Source: Sphaerodactylus townsendi
Lineage: Eukaryota
NCBI RefSeq assembly: GCF_021028975.2
Contig: NC_059425.1
Coordinates: 117,242,001-117,306,000, forward strand
DNA length: 64,000 nucleotides
Direction of reading: 5' to 3'
Shown: positions 26,249 through 39,512 of the stretch, piece by piece
Numbering within the stretch: the stretch's first letter is position 1
Layout: each line of letters opens with the position of its first letter
Notes under the pieces: model-generated
Database searches by the model: none
Seen by the model: the letters and a program-made list of their open reading frames with translations, nothing else
Told to the model about the DNA's origin: nothing
Program-made: the position numbers and the translations under genes

Positions 26249-26596
26249 GTAAGTTTTTTGGATGTGACAGACTCTAAAACAAACTTAACCCATCTTGCTC
26301 TGTGCATCACAAAATTAAGTTCCTCTGTTGAGAGCAAGGGATGAGGGCAAGCCAATTTCATGTCATGTGATCGGCAGCCAGCTCCTTCTTTTTCAGAGTT
26401 TTTAGAAGATAGGAGAGATGCTTCCTGTAGTTCCAACATATGAGTTTCTGTAGTTCCAACATATTTATGCTCATAATGATGTATATGCTGCTATTGTCAT
26501 GGCTAACACTGGCATCTTTGGCATCACCTTCTAGAAGTGGAAAAACTGCACCTGGATTTAGTCATGGCAACTTCAGATAGCATATTGTTGAATATA

Positions 26597-27420
26597 ATTC
26601 ATTCATTCATTTATTCATTTAAAACATTTATTATCTGCCTTTCTTCCTTGTGGAACTCAAGGTGGTTTACAATATTAATAAAACAAATATAGTTACAGGG
26701 TCACAGTTTAAAAACTCCAGTTGGGACTGCCAATAAATAAAAATGAAATCAGTCAAATGCAGTCCTAAATAAAATGGTCTTTGCCTTCTGAAGATTGACC
26801 CGGGGGGAGGGGGGGCACCTCCACTAGGAGAGAGTTAGGATAATCATGAGGATAATCGTGAGGCTGCCACCAAAAAGGCCCTTTCTCGTGTGAGCATCAT
26901 ATAAACTTATTTAATTGGTGGTACAGTCAGGAGGGCCTCTTCCACCAATCTTAACTTGCAGCAGACCTTCAGACTCCCCAAGCCATGTAAGGCTTTAAAG
27001 GTCAAAACCGATACCTTGAATTGTGCTTGGGAGCGGATCCGTAGCCAGTATAACTTCTGTAGTATTGCGGTCATATGGTTCTGGTAGCTGGCTCCTACCA
27101 GCAGTGTAGCTACAGCATTTTGCACTAGCTGCAGCTTCTGAACACTCTTCAAGGGAAGCCCCAAGTAGTGCAGTAGTCCAGCCTAGATGTCACTAAGCCA
27201 TGAATCACTGTGGCTAGGTTAAACTGAGGTAGGCACAAGCTCAGCTGGTGCAAAAACAGACTGAGCCACCTGGTTTTCAAAGGGACTGCTGTGTCAAGCA
27301 GCCCTCCCTCATTGCAAACCTGATTTTTCATGGGGAGTTTAACCCCATCCAGGAGAGGGGAGACCTGAAGTCCCTGGTCATAGGAGCGCTGCTTGCTTGG
27401 TGACCAGTATAAGGGCTTAT
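26597..27420 (-). mobile_element. L2 LINE 3' portion
   Basis: ORFs 26907-27164 and 27149-27526 read VTSRLDYC...GLPLKSVQKLQLVQNA...FKVSVLTFKALHGLG. A (TGAA)n-like tail lies at ~26597-26620. Confidence 0.85.
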
Positions 27421-27498
27421 AGCACATGTAGCAGCACTGATAAGTATACATGTGCTGGAATCCAAAAATCTGAAAACCTATCAGGCAAACTATTTTTT

Positions 27499-27556
27499 TA
27501 ACTGAGGGAAGTTTATGGTATAACACATAACTGAGGGAAGTTTATGGTATAACACA
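27499..27556 (+). repeat. Perfect 29-bp tandem duplication
   Basis: TAACTGAGGGAAGTTTATGGTATAACACA twice. Confidence 0.95.
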
Positions 27557-29025
27557 AGGGTTTGCTGTTCAAAGGGGGGGGGGGTAAAAATCCTGCCTTC
27601 CAAATATGAAGCCCTTGGGTACTCATAAAGGAGCACCTTCTATCCTGGCTGTGAACTTTATCTGGAAATTTGTTATTTACATAGAAATTTGATCCTATGT
27701 TCACAGTACTTACTAGCTACTGAAAGTTGGCTTAAATAAAACATTTTGAAGGGTGATGGGATTTCTGTAGTCATATCATACATGGACTGAGTTCACTGTT
27801 GTTTCAGTTTGTGTCATTATTCATTAGATCAGAATGAGCCTAAATTATGGCTGTAAATCTGTAGCACCTTTCTAATCATAGTTTGTTTGGATCATTTCAG
27901 TTTAGTTTCCCTAAATTCTGTTGACAAAATCCTTGGGACTCTGAAAGTAATCACTTGTAGCCTAGCCCCTTGTGTATTGAGATCCCAATCCAGAAAATAA
28001 TGAATGTCTTGTTATTGAAGAGATCTTTCCAAGGCCCTTGAGAGAGGCAATTAGCACACTTTTATTTTAAAAAATCTCATGCAGATAAGTAGCTAATTGA
28101 CCACTGAACACTTATGTCAAAACTGCCTTGTCTAGGAAAAATTAAGTCGGGGGTGGTGCAGCAACTACAGGTTGTCTTGAATGACAGATGTGCCCTTGAC
28201 TTTTAAAATCGGGCTTTAGGCTTGGATTCAGGAGAGACTACTTTGCATCCCCTGCCACTTTTATTAGCTCTTTTGGCAGTTTTTGACACCATGAACCGTA
28301 TCATACTGCTTGAAATGTCTAGAAAAGAGGATAAGTGTAGGTAGAATGGAATTGATATGGTTTAGGTCCTTTAACAGGCTGTTCTTCAAAGATGATAGTG
28401 GAAGATGTAAAACCAGATCCATGGGAGGTGCAGTGCGGAATCTGGCAAGGATTTCTGTGGATCTTTTCTGCATCTTTTTGTTACCAGCCTCTGATTGTCT
28501 GGTGAAAAGTAGATATATTTACACTCAAATAAACAACTGGTTTACCTATTGAAACACAGAGAATCTTAAGAGGATTTATCCTGATCTCCTGCAATGCACA
28601 ATAAATAACACAGGAAAGATCATGATCAATTCTTTATTATAATTTCTTGTTTGGGAGAATAACACATTTCATGTATTCAAATACATGCATATTTGAGAAA
28701 TTTTCTGTTAATATGAAAGGCAGGATAAGGTGAACACAAGATGTGTCTCACTACATTACAGCCAAGCTCGCATAGACCAGCATTCTCTTTCAAAGACTAG
28801 TCAGCCAGATGTCTTTGGAAACTGTGAGGCAGGATATTACGGCGATGGCTAGTTTTCCACAGCACCTAGTTCTCAGAGGTATGCTGCCTATGAGCACAGA
28901 AGATTCATTTAAATACTACAGCTAACGCCTTTTGATAGATCTGTATTAAAAATGTTCTGGTGAAATGAATAGTACACATAAACAAAATGATGGGGTTTTT
29001 TTCTATTTTTGTCTTTTTAATGAAG

Positions 29026-29239
29026 AACCAAAGATTTCTGGAAGAAAATGCCTCTTTAAGAGAACAGATGCATCAGATAGAACAGTCCAGGCAGCCAGTG
29101 GCTGAGAAACTGCCTGTGGCTGACCAGTTGTTCAAGGAGATGTCTCACTGTTTGTTTGACTTGAAAGCACTTTGCAGTATTCTTACCCACAGAGCTCAGG
29201 GCAAGGAGCCTAACCTGTCTTTATTGCTGGGAATCGGAT
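29026..29239 (+). CDS. CEP85L: CEP85L penultimate coding exon: [71 protein letters not shown]
   Basis: Acceptor tttttaatgaag|, donor T|gtaagt, 214 nt. Start of the conserved CEP85-family C-terminal coiled coil ([15 protein letters not shown]). Confidence 0.96.
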
Positions 29240-30146
29240 GTAAGTAATATTAATACTGCATTTTTTTTTTTTACATTAAGATACCATAATCTACACAATT
29301 AAATTTCATGCATTTCACGGGAAGAGAGTAAGGAGATGCAACAAATTGACGTGATTTCTGGTTATTTTTCAAAAGACAAAATAGATGTTTTCCAGTTTGG
29401 CACATAATCCCTCAGGAATTGTTCTTAGATTTCCTTTTTATGTGCCCAAGATTAGAACTTGCCGTGCCACCAACAAAAGAACTAGAAGATGTCCATGTAC
29501 CATTGTAGGTAAGCATGAGAACAAGTGTGGTTTAGTAGTTAGAGAGTCAAACTCAGATACAAGAAACATTTTAAAAAATGTTCCTGTGTATGCCTAGAAA
29601 ACCATAATATTTGCTTTCATATCTTTATATCTCTCAAAAGAGAAGTCTAATGTACAGCACAAATATATTCATATATTTCTTCGGTATCTCCAGTTATGGG
29701 TATGTGTTTTGAGAGAGAGAGAGTTCACTAATATCTTGGGGAAGGAACCTGATTGGTGAAATAGCTCTAAGAAGAAGAGCAGTTTTTAGAAGTCACGTCC
29801 TCCTGTTAAATTAGGTAGATTATTTTTGCGATCTTACTTTGATAGTAAAAATTACTAGCAGAGTTGAAAATAGTTTCTATGGTTTTGTGGATTGGAAAGA
29901 AAATGGCTTTTTGAAGTAAAAGAACATTCTTTTTAAAAGGGCACTAAAGAAGTCAGCATGAAGTTGACCTTTTAGACAAAAACATGAATTTATCTATGCT
30001 GTAGATTACATTTTTATGTAATTTTTTTATTTTATAATATGGGGGGAGGTTATGTGTATCTCATATCTGTGTGGCTCCTTCAAAATTCCTGTAACCTAAT
30101 GTGAAGCTCCCCCAGGCTTTTCAAGTACCTGTTTTGTTTTTCATAG

Positions 30147-30307
30147 CACTGAACAGTTCAGCTGAAGATGAGAACTACCACAGCACAGAAAGCCTCTCAA
30201 AGAAGCTCTCAGAAGTCTGTCAGCTACGAAAGGATATTGATGAGTTGAGGACTATAACATCGGACTGTTATGCTCAGGACATGGGAGAAAATTGCATTAC
30301 ACAATGA
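30147..30307 (+). CDS. CEP85L: CEP85L terminal coding exon: (S)[52 protein letters not shown]
   Basis: Acceptor tttttcatag|CA, phase 1 matching the previous exon, TGA followed by TAA. VCQLR.DIDELRT...NCITQ fits CEP85L better than CEP85. Confidence 0.96.
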
Positions 30308-30659
30308 TAAAAGGTTTGTCCTCTCAACAGCAGTGACTGAGTTATTAAGTGCTGTTCCGGTGGTAGTTCCTTGTATTTCTGTTATGGAGCCATACTGTAA
30401 GATGTGCTCTTTGAAGCAAGTCAAAGGATTTCAGATGCTTGCTCGTGGTGATGAAGCAGTCATTAGTGGAAGAATATGGTACATGCTGTAAGGAAAATGT
30501 GATTTCTTCAAAACTACTGAATGTAGGTCCAAGCTGTGAAGAATGTGCTACTGTTGATGGAAGTACAGGATTTTGATTCTTCTCTGATGACCCATAAATA
30601 TAACTGTCCACATTGTATCCTGGAGTCAAAACATATGTCCAGAAGAGGGCACTAATTAC

Positions 30660-30904
30660 TGCTGTGTTATCTCTTCCCCCCCCCCCCCCCCCAATAATAG
30701 CATGGGAGACAAGATGAGCGCTGAGAATCCTGTTGTGGAAAGTACAGAGGCGGAGCGAGGGGAAACTGCGCCTGGGGCACACACACGCTCTGCACCCCTG
30801 CTGCAGCGTCGCCTGCCCCACAACACCCCCTTGACAGCCCGGCCATTCCTCCGCCACTGCTCCGCCCAGGGCGTCCCCCCACCCCACCGGCGCAGTGACA
30901 CTGG
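30660..30904. mobile_element. GC-rich DNA-transposon-like fragment inside the 3' UTR
   Basis: Abrupt GC/CpG-rich block in an AT-rich UTR, ending in the hAT-like terminus ...GGCGCAGTGACACTG. Confidence 0.5.
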
Positions 30905-33900
30905 GAAAGTAGTCTAAAGTTCCTGATTATCTGTGGGCATTAAATCTGTGAACAGTAGTATGGATACTCCTGCAAAGACCTCTGTAATGTGGACAGGCAT
31001 GTTGAATCAAAATAGCCTACCTATTTGCTGTCTCAGTTTGGTAAGGGCTAGGGTTTTTTAGCAGTTAATTGTCAATTATTATCAGTATTTTTCTCTTGCG
31101 CAAAGCAGAAAAGCACCGTCCACAATTCAGGCTAAGTAAGCATAAGCTGTTCTTAGAATTAACCACCATCTTATTGAGTTGATCTTTTGAGCTGTTTTAA
31201 TGTTTGATAAAGACTGTTTGAGGGATTAAGATGTAAAGACTAGAAAAGATATATATTTTTAAAGGCACACAACTAAAGGTTAGGAGAATGTTGCCTCTTG
31301 CCAGTTAATCTACACTTCAGATGTGTTCAGGGACTCACTCTGACATCCAGGCAGATTAAAAACATGGAAAGCAATGCTTCCTGTCCACAAGACCTGAAAG
31401 CAGCATTTCCATCTAGTGATTAGATGCCTAGGAATGCTCAAGAACTGACAAATGGTTAACCGAAAGCCACTTCATGACTTGGGCGTTATGCAAATCTGTT
31501 TTGCTGCACTGAAACATATATATCTTCTGTCAAGTCAAGTTTTCTGTAACTTTATTCTGTGACAATCAATTATGTACAGAAAGGAATACTTTCTTTTAGA
31601 AGAAAAAGAGAGAAAGAAGAAAATAAGGCACATTTTGCTTGCTTTTATTACAACTAGTGTGTACAAGGCTTGAGATTGCTCTTTCTAGTAGTCATTGCTC
31701 AAAGAGAATACAAGTTTGTACTGAGTGAATTGTCATTTTCTGTTTCTTGTGTTAATTTCTCCAAATGTCATTTTTATAAGGCTAGCAACAATATTTTTTT
31801 CAAACATTATGAGAGTTAAGTTTAAATATCATGTGTATATTATTTTAATTATTTTAAAAACAATTGTCGGTATAACAAGCTTTATTTATTTATATAGATG
31901 TTCCTTGTTATACTGTTCTGGCTTCTGTCTGCGTAAGTTTATTTTAACTACTGTTCAGTGTTTCCAAGTGCAGATTTGTAAATATTAGATTGAAGCAGCT
32001 TCAGGCATGAAAAACAGTATTCTTCAATGTTCAGTGAGCTAACAATACTGTATATATTAAACAGCCAGAACTTCAAAGTACAAAGGTTTAGTCTTAAGTG
32101 TAGTCACTGGGAAATAAGGCCAACTTAATTCCATTAAAGTCCGACTGAATGGCACTTACGTTTAAAACTGGACTACAAGTCCGTTTCAGTGCAGATGGCT
32201 TAAAAAGACAAAATTAGTTCTTATAGATTAGTTTTTATTTCAGGAAACATTCAAAAGTGAGAGAAACTTATACAATGTGCTGTGCTGTTTAGAGATTAAC
32301 AGTCTGCACTACTGTTTTAAACAGCTTTTTCCATTTACACCTTTGGCTTGCCCCTACAGTGACACTGTTTATGATATTTCTGCCAAGAATTTGGTACTGC
32401 AACCACACTGTAGAGCCATAAAAAGTTCTTTAAAAGATTTGAGGATGTAGCTGGTTTATGTAAACAGTTCAGTTCTTGGACAAATACATATTATTTCACT
32501 TTTAGATTGCTTGCAAAGACAGGGCCTTCAGTTAACTGACTAAACAAAACAGGCCTCAGCTCAATTGCATAGGTCCTTTCCTGTGTCTTAACACTTTTAG
32601 TACTTGGGGAAGATAGCAAATTTAGAATGTTCTTGGGTTCAGACTGTGTTGAATTATAGGGCAAAAGGAATTGGACTGGGGAAATTTTCAGGGCACCACT
32701 CCACTGACCCAGCCTTCATTTACCTTTTTTCACTGCCAATTTACACACACTTCTTTCACTTTGGTCCCATTTTTGTTCATAACAAGCTTCTTCCTAAAAC
32801 TGGGTACCACATAAAAAACATGACGTCATGTTGTCACAAGCAGATCTGGTTAACATTGCTAAGTGGACAGCCCAATCCGGGGGGGGGGGTAGATCGGGGC
32901 CGGGGACAGCACTGCCAGACTGTCTCCAAAGAGACATTCAGTGGCGCAAGTGCCAGGGGAGAAGGGAAAAATCTCCCCCCCCTCCCCGGGAAAAGTGATG
33001 TATGCCACACATTTTGGTGGCATAAGTCTGCACTGCTGGGAGGGGGCTTTCCTGGACTGAAAGTACATTGTGAGCCAATTAATGTCACTCCGCCTCGGGA
33101 ATGCTACCTATTATGCTGGTGGAGGCATTTGTGGTGGAAACCCACCACCATAGGCGCCAACTTCCAAGTTTGGCTGCTATGCAGCCGGGTGGTGACCCAA
33201 CACCAAGGTAAAAAGCCCAATGCTGTCGTCCATGCCACTTTGTGCAGTGCAGTGGGCATGGATGTTGGCATAGGGCATCTGCCACTTCCAATGCAGCTGC
33301 AGCCCCTCCCCCTTTAGATTTCACTGTTAGAGTAAAGGGCCATGTTGTATGCCATCATTCTGAATTGGGAAACATGCCTCTGGTTTACAGTGGCTCCCAA
33401 AAATATTCCTCCCAAAAGGAGTAATATTAAAAGTCTCACAAATTTTGGCTTAGTTCTATTTTCTGTTTGATTTCTTTTGTTTAGCATTTTTCATTGTGGA
33501 AGTAGTTTATTTTTAATTAGCTCATGTTTAAACCACAGTGCATTTTTTGTAGATAAATAGAATATTTTGGAGCACTTAACTTTTAAAGATTGACCACTAG
33601 AAACAAAAAGCCTTCAATAGTCAATTGTAGAATGAAGAAGAAAACATCCAAATGTGCTATAGACAATGGCTGTTAATTTTGAAAATTATACAAGTTTTGC
33701 ATGCTCTGCTGTTTGTCAGGAGTGTTACAATACAAGGGTATACATTAAAGAGAATAACTTGTTTATTGTTATGCATAATACATTAAGTAATATGTATGTG
33801 CAATACAGTATAAAATTACCAGTCCTAGCTGAACAGAATTTCTAAAAAATTAATTTTCTTAGGGGTAATGATGGAATAATTATGCCATTTTAGATGGTAT

Positions 33901-36081
33901 GTATACATTCTGTATAAAATGCCTTCAGGACCTTTGAGTTAGAAAGATAGCATAGCAATAGGTTAAGTAAATGCATTATAAATAGTATACCTCTAAGAAA
34001 GCAACAAGGTCAAAATACACTGGGCCATTTGCTAAAAGTAAAACGAGTCCTCTAGAGCACTTCGGATGCTTTCTTCTCAGTTATTGTGACTAGCCTGATG
34101 GAGCATGTAATTGCTTGTTCAGAGGAGAAGGGTGGGCTGAGTTCAGTGCCCCCCCCCCCACCCTCAAGAGTTGATTGATACTGTCAGAGATCCCCACCTG
34201 GTTTAGTCCAGCATGAGGGACAGAATATGAGCACATCCCTGGGTGTTGGGGGCAGAAATATAGCAGTGGCAGCTGCATGGCCATATTCTTTCCGGTGCAG
34301 AAGAAACTTCTGTATATTAGTGACTAGTGTTTTCTGCCACCTTCAAATTAAAGCAACAGAAGAAGGTGGTAGCCAAAGAGAGCAAAATTAAGCAAGTAAA
34401 AAAACTCAAACTTCTTTTTCCTTGAAATTAATTTCTTACAATAGGACCTGCAATTTAAGAAGCTGAAGAGCCTGATAGTTTATAGTGGTGTTTAACTAAC
34501 TTGAATGTTATATAAGCTGTTCATGGGCTTTTCAGCTGCTTAAAATGTATGTCTAGTCCCATTCAGTACTTTTATGAGAAATCGCTAATATTAAAAATGG
34601 TATTAATGAATAAGCTGATCCAGTCATGTCAACCTTTTGACATATTTGAAGGAGACAATCTCAAGGGCTAAAGTTTTGTCTGGTAACAAACATGAAGATT
34701 GATGGCAATTTTCATATAGCAGGTTGAATTTATAGAATTGTATAAATGACATGTTTTTGTAACTACTGTAATTCAAGAATGTATTTCATAAAGCTGTTTG
34801 AGAAGTGGTGGTGTTCACAGATAACTGATACTACTATTTATATATCAGATAAAATGTTCATACAGGTTTCATTTAAGTTAGTTGAGCAAATTTGACTTTA
34901 TAGTCCAATTGGTTTCTTTGTTACAATCCTGCACACTTGTACTTTGAAATAAGTTCTCAAAATAAGCCCCAACTCACCAACATTTTATAATTATTATGTG
35001 TAGGATATGGTGTTAATTTTTCAGCTTCTAATTTGAAGGTTTAAAAGCAGAATAGATCTGTATTTTTAATAGGTTGCCGCTGTCACCCACCCAGGCTAGA
35101 GTCTTTTTAAAAACAGGACAGAATTAGGTGCATGAACTAAAGTTGCTTTTGTCTTCCATTACTGCAATTTGTGTTATAATTTTCACTTTTCTGAAGGAAA
35201 TGGACATGAATTATTTCTTGCCAGATTCCAAAATGCAAAACAAGGTACACATCAAGTTTTCTTTGTCTAAATCTAAGCTGGGGCTCAGTTGATTCAATCA
35301 CCGAACACCACATTTGTCATTCACTAATGCCTCCATAAATCGGTTTATTTTATCATATTGGTTTGGTACAACATTCTGTATTTGGATTAACCATCATTCT
35401 GAAATGAAGGAAAACTTATTACTTTGGGAAAAGACAGTGGATATTAAAAATTGGGTCACCAGATCAATCCATCAAGATCCCCTTTTAGCAATATGAATCC
35501 CTCTGTGCCTTTTATTTTGCTTATGGCTCAAATAATTATCTCTCATTTCTGAACATTGTGAGGAAGTATCAAGTTGTTGCACTTTGTTTCCTCAGCTTAG
35601 GGATTTTTTTAGCCTGTTAGACTTTTGAGAAACAACTTCCATAAAGAGAAATATTTTGTAAAATATGTGGATGAACCTTTGAAAAGAGAGCCTGGTGTTT
35701 AGAACCCAGATTTTCTGTTATTTGGGTAATGTGTAGAAGGCTCAATCAGAATGTATTCATTTTGTATATATTATCTGTAGTTTGTTATTGGTAATCAGTG
35801 GGAGAAGACAAGGGATGCTCTTTAAAAGCACAGTTGATATGTCCTCATCAGTCTCTGTAGACTGGTAGTTTTTCAAAATGGGGTTCAGTTGAACCAGTCA
35901 GAATACCTCATGTGTAAATAGTGTTGTCATGACTTAATCAAAATGCATTCAGTATTTTTGTTATTATTAAAAGAGCCACTGGCTGGCTTGCCTCCTCAGG
36001 CCTGTCATTCTCGCCTCTTTTTGTAACCTTTTTTTTAAAGTAGAGTTTACAGCTAGAATTTTGAATGCCAAAGTTCTATTT

Positions 36082-36177
36082 ATTAAATAATAAAGTTTTC
36101 ATTGTTAATTACTAGTATTTTTCCACTCAATTTGTTTGTTTGATGTTTAAGTTTTATATTTACAGAGCAAAAATAAA
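36082..36177 (+). promoter_or_regulatory. Probable distal polyadenylation signal cluster of CEP85L (3' UTR ~30308-36200)
   Basis: ATTAAA 36082-36087, AATAAA 36089-36094 and AATAAA 36172-36177 with U/GU-rich flanks, at the end of a long AT-rich, TE-poor stretch. Confidence 0.55.
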
Positions 36178-36543
36178 TTTTGTTACAAAATCTGAAAATG
36201 TTCTTCTTTACTGCGAATTAAAATTAGGAGCTCAGTGATCATTGCTGAATACCATGCATCTGTTCATAAAGTGTGTCTTTACCCAAAAACACAGGGGAAA
36301 GGGCATGAAAAAGGAGAATCGGGCACACAGTTCTACAAATGCAGCTGCTTAACCTCTGTGGAAGGACACCAGTGGAAGGGCAGTGTCACCTAATTCCCCA
36401 CTCTGCACTACTTCCTTCAGTTCTGTATCACATTTTCTTGTGACCCTTCGCCTCAGTTTTTTAGAGCTCATGAGGCTGCTGAGGGAAGAGGGAAGTCGGG
36501 AAAGATCTCTATCTACAAGGGCCCTTGTGCCCGCAGTTTACAC

Positions 36544-36705
36544 CAGTGGTTCTCAACCTTCCTAATGCCGCGACCCTTTAATACAGTTCCTCATGCTGTG
36601 GTGACCCCCAACCCTAACATTTATCCATTTTACAGATGGAGAACACTGATGCAGAGAGTCTTAGGCGACCCCTGGGGGTCCCGACCCACAGGTTGAGAAC
36701 CACTG
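36544..36705. mobile_element. SPIN/URR1-type hAT MITE with internal deletion
   Basis: TIR CAGTGGTTCTCAACCT/AGGTTGAGAACCACTG. The 5' arm TCCTAATGCCGCGACCCTTTAATACAGTTCCTCATG is as recalled for URR1/SPIN. Confidence 0.85.
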
Positions 36706-37425
36706 GTTAAGAGGAACTAGCCCTTTGTTGGGCATTAATAAGGCCTTGGAATCTCTCTTGGGAAGTATAGCCTTTGACATGTCTAAAAAAATGACCAAAG
36801 CAAAAAATGGAGAGGGTGGGAGAGAGTGAAAGAGGTCTAGGTACAGAGTTGCATCATATGTTTCTGCTTTAAGGCTTATGCTATGTTTGCATAACTTTTC
36901 TACCCAGTAAAATTCTGAAAATGTTGCTTGTATACTTTATGGCCATCATCTAGTGCAGCATTGTCTGTAAGCGTGTGAAATGCCATCAAGTCACAGCCAA
37001 CATGGTGGATTTCCGATGAAATGTAATATGCTTATGGCTGTGATCGAATATAGTTGATAGGTGTATTATTTCAAAATTCTAGGTAATTTCCCCATTAAAG
37101 TTATACTGAGGTTTACAATTTTAAATGATTACAAATAACAAGATAATAAAATTAAAAGAAATTAACAATGAAAAGTCTACTGGCAAAGCGAGAAAATATC
37201 AGAAACATATAACTAGGAATTTTAACAAACCTGGCAAAAAATGAAAAAATCTGTTTGCAACTAAAGGCTCATATCCTGGCATATCTGTCAAGGAACAAAT
37301 TATCCATCAAGGAACAAGAGCTACAGCACCATCACAAAAAGATGTGCCCCTCTTTCGATTAAGCAGATGCCATAATTTCTCAAAGTCCAGAAAAACTGGA
37401 AGTGTTTCATCAGAAGTATCACTAT

Positions 37426-37639
37426 GTCTGAAAAGTAGAAAAGAGCAAGAATCCAGAGGTACCTTAAAATCAAACAAAATCTCTTGCAAGGTATGAGCTT
37501 TCATGACTCACAGCTCACTTTTTCAAATACAGATATCTGAACAAGTGAGCTGTGACTCATGAAAGCTTGTACTTGGTCAAAAAATGTATTAGTCTTTAGG
37601 GTGCTACTATACTCTTGCTTTTTTTCTACTTCTACAGAC
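37426..37639. mobile_element. Palindromic Penelope/Neptune-type terminal-repeat relic with two inverted degenerate hammerhead motifs
   Basis: The arms are reverse complements. The right arm reads CTGAACA-AGTGAGCTGTGACTCAT-GAAAGCTT. Confidence 0.6.
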
Positions 37640-38189
37640 TAAACCAGCTACTTATCATGATATGTTTCTGAGAAGCTTATCTTGGATTCATTATGGAACA
37701 TTCAAGGGGAAGGAAAAAGTTGAGTTTCCTTTAAGAGTATTCTGGGTTGGAAAAATGCATAGTAGAATGGAAGAGCCCAAAAAGGGAAAGTATTATGAAT
37801 CAAGTTATTGTAAACCTGGTCCAATAGGTTATTTTAGTTGTGTAAAAAGAATATGTGAGAAAATAAACCCAAATATATTTCTCACTAATCTAATGTCATG
37901 AAGGGCGTATGTTTGGCAAGGAGAAAAATGCCATGCAAGGCCTTTTAACTTCCAGTGCCTGTGACAGACTTATGGTCTCTGGTTCAAAAGAGGTTGACTC
38001 AACTGGTTTCCTCAGGCAAGCCACTATCCAATTAAAGTTACTAGTATTATAGCCCAATCCAGATTGGGGGGAGGGGGAAAAAGCTTGGTGCAGTTGGGGA
38101 CAATGCCACAAAGGCAGCACCATGCCATCTTCAAAGGAGCTCCTGGCAGCCCAGCAAACTGGGAGTGGGGTGGGGGGCAGAAGAAGAAG

Positions 38190-38448
38190 AAAAGTTTGGA
38201 TTTATACCCTACCTCAACGTGGCTTACAAACTCATTTCTCTTCCTCTCCCCACAACAGACACCTTGTGAGGTAGGTGGGGCTGAGAGAGTTCCAAAGAAC
38301 TGTGACTAGCCCAAGGTCACCTAGCAGGAATGTAGGAGTGTGGAAACGCATCTGTTTCACTAGATAAGCCTCTGCCACTTAGTGAGAGGAGTGGGGAATC
38401 AAACCCAGTTCTCCAGATTAGAATCTTAACCACTATACCACACTGGCT
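38190..38448 (-). mobile_element. tRNA-derived SINE (Squam3-like)
   Basis: Minus-strand head AGCCAGTGTGGTATAGTGGTTAAG (A box), GGTTTGATTCCCC (B box) and a (CTT)n tail. Confidence 0.8.
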
Positions 38449-39280
38449 GCTGCCTGGATAACCCCATTGGGAAAACAAACCTATGCTGTGTGTTATCGTG
38501 GCATAAGTTGAAGGGCTACATGGGGCATTCCCAGGCTGAAAGCTTAGTGGAAGCCAACTGAAGTCGGCTCCACCTTTGGGAACACGCCAAGCCTACTCCA
38601 ACCATTCCAGTGTCTATCTTTAGGCAAGCACAGCTCTGTAAGGGACAGGCTCTTCCAGGTTGGGTGCCACAGAGCTGTGCGGTACCCACTGCAGCCTTGT
38701 TTGCCCTCCCTGATGATGTAGTTGCCACTTACACCAACAATGTGGGCAAACATGCCAGCACGACCCCATGCTGGTTCCAGGAGCTGCACTGTGAATCCCT
38801 GGATTGGATTGTTAATGTACTTTACACGTTTGAGAGAATACAAGTAGAGTTTTTTAATATTGTAAAATGTTATACAAATGTTAAATAAGAGTAGCTGACT
38901 CTAGCCCTCAATTCCCATGTCGATGACCCTGCTTCTATACAAGGTGGGTTCTTGCCTTCCTGCCACAATGTCAGGTTTTCACTGAGGGGAGGGTCTCAGC
39001 AGAATTCTTGTTGACAACAGAAGTCAGACAAGGTATGGAAATACGGCAGATCAGCTCCCTATTTTGTAAGGTATTTGTTCAGGAGCTACAGCTTCCCCTG
39101 AGCAATGCCCTGCCTGTTTTTTTCCTAAAAAGCTGGTTGGCCACTGTAGACAACAAGATGTTACACCAAATGGGCATCTGATCTAATCTCATAAGGCTCT
39201 TCTTATGCTTCTGGATGTCTTGAAGGAGGAGCTGGTTCAACTTTGAAGGCTTCTCATTCACAACTGCATGTATCTACATA

Positions 39281-39512
39281 CCGTGTTTCCCCGAAAATGA
39301 GACAGTGTCTTATATTAATTTTTGCTCCCAAAGATGCACTATGTCTTATTTTCAGGGGATGTCTTATTTTTCTGTGTTCTGTTCGTCGGGAATGCTTCCA
39401 AACAAAAACTTTGCTACGTCTTACTTTTGGGAGATGCCTTATATTTCACACTTCAGCAACACCTCTACTATGTCTTATTTTCCGGGGATGACTTATATTC
39501 GGGGAAACAGGG
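39281..39512. mobile_element. Tc1/mariner (Tc2-like) MITE
   Basis: TIR CCGTGTTTCCCCGAA/TTCGGGGAAACAGGG, TA on both sides, repeated GTCTTATTTT subterminal motifs. Confidence 0.85.

Noticed and set aside
30305-30310. Stop-codon readthrough or selenocysteine at TGA
   Set aside because: TGA is immediately followed by TAA and sits at the conserved C-terminus.
32604-33317. 237-aa ORF in the 3' UTR region
   Set aside because: It starts at TTG, has no recognisable domain and runs largely through a GC-rich TE remnant, so it is a chance ORF.
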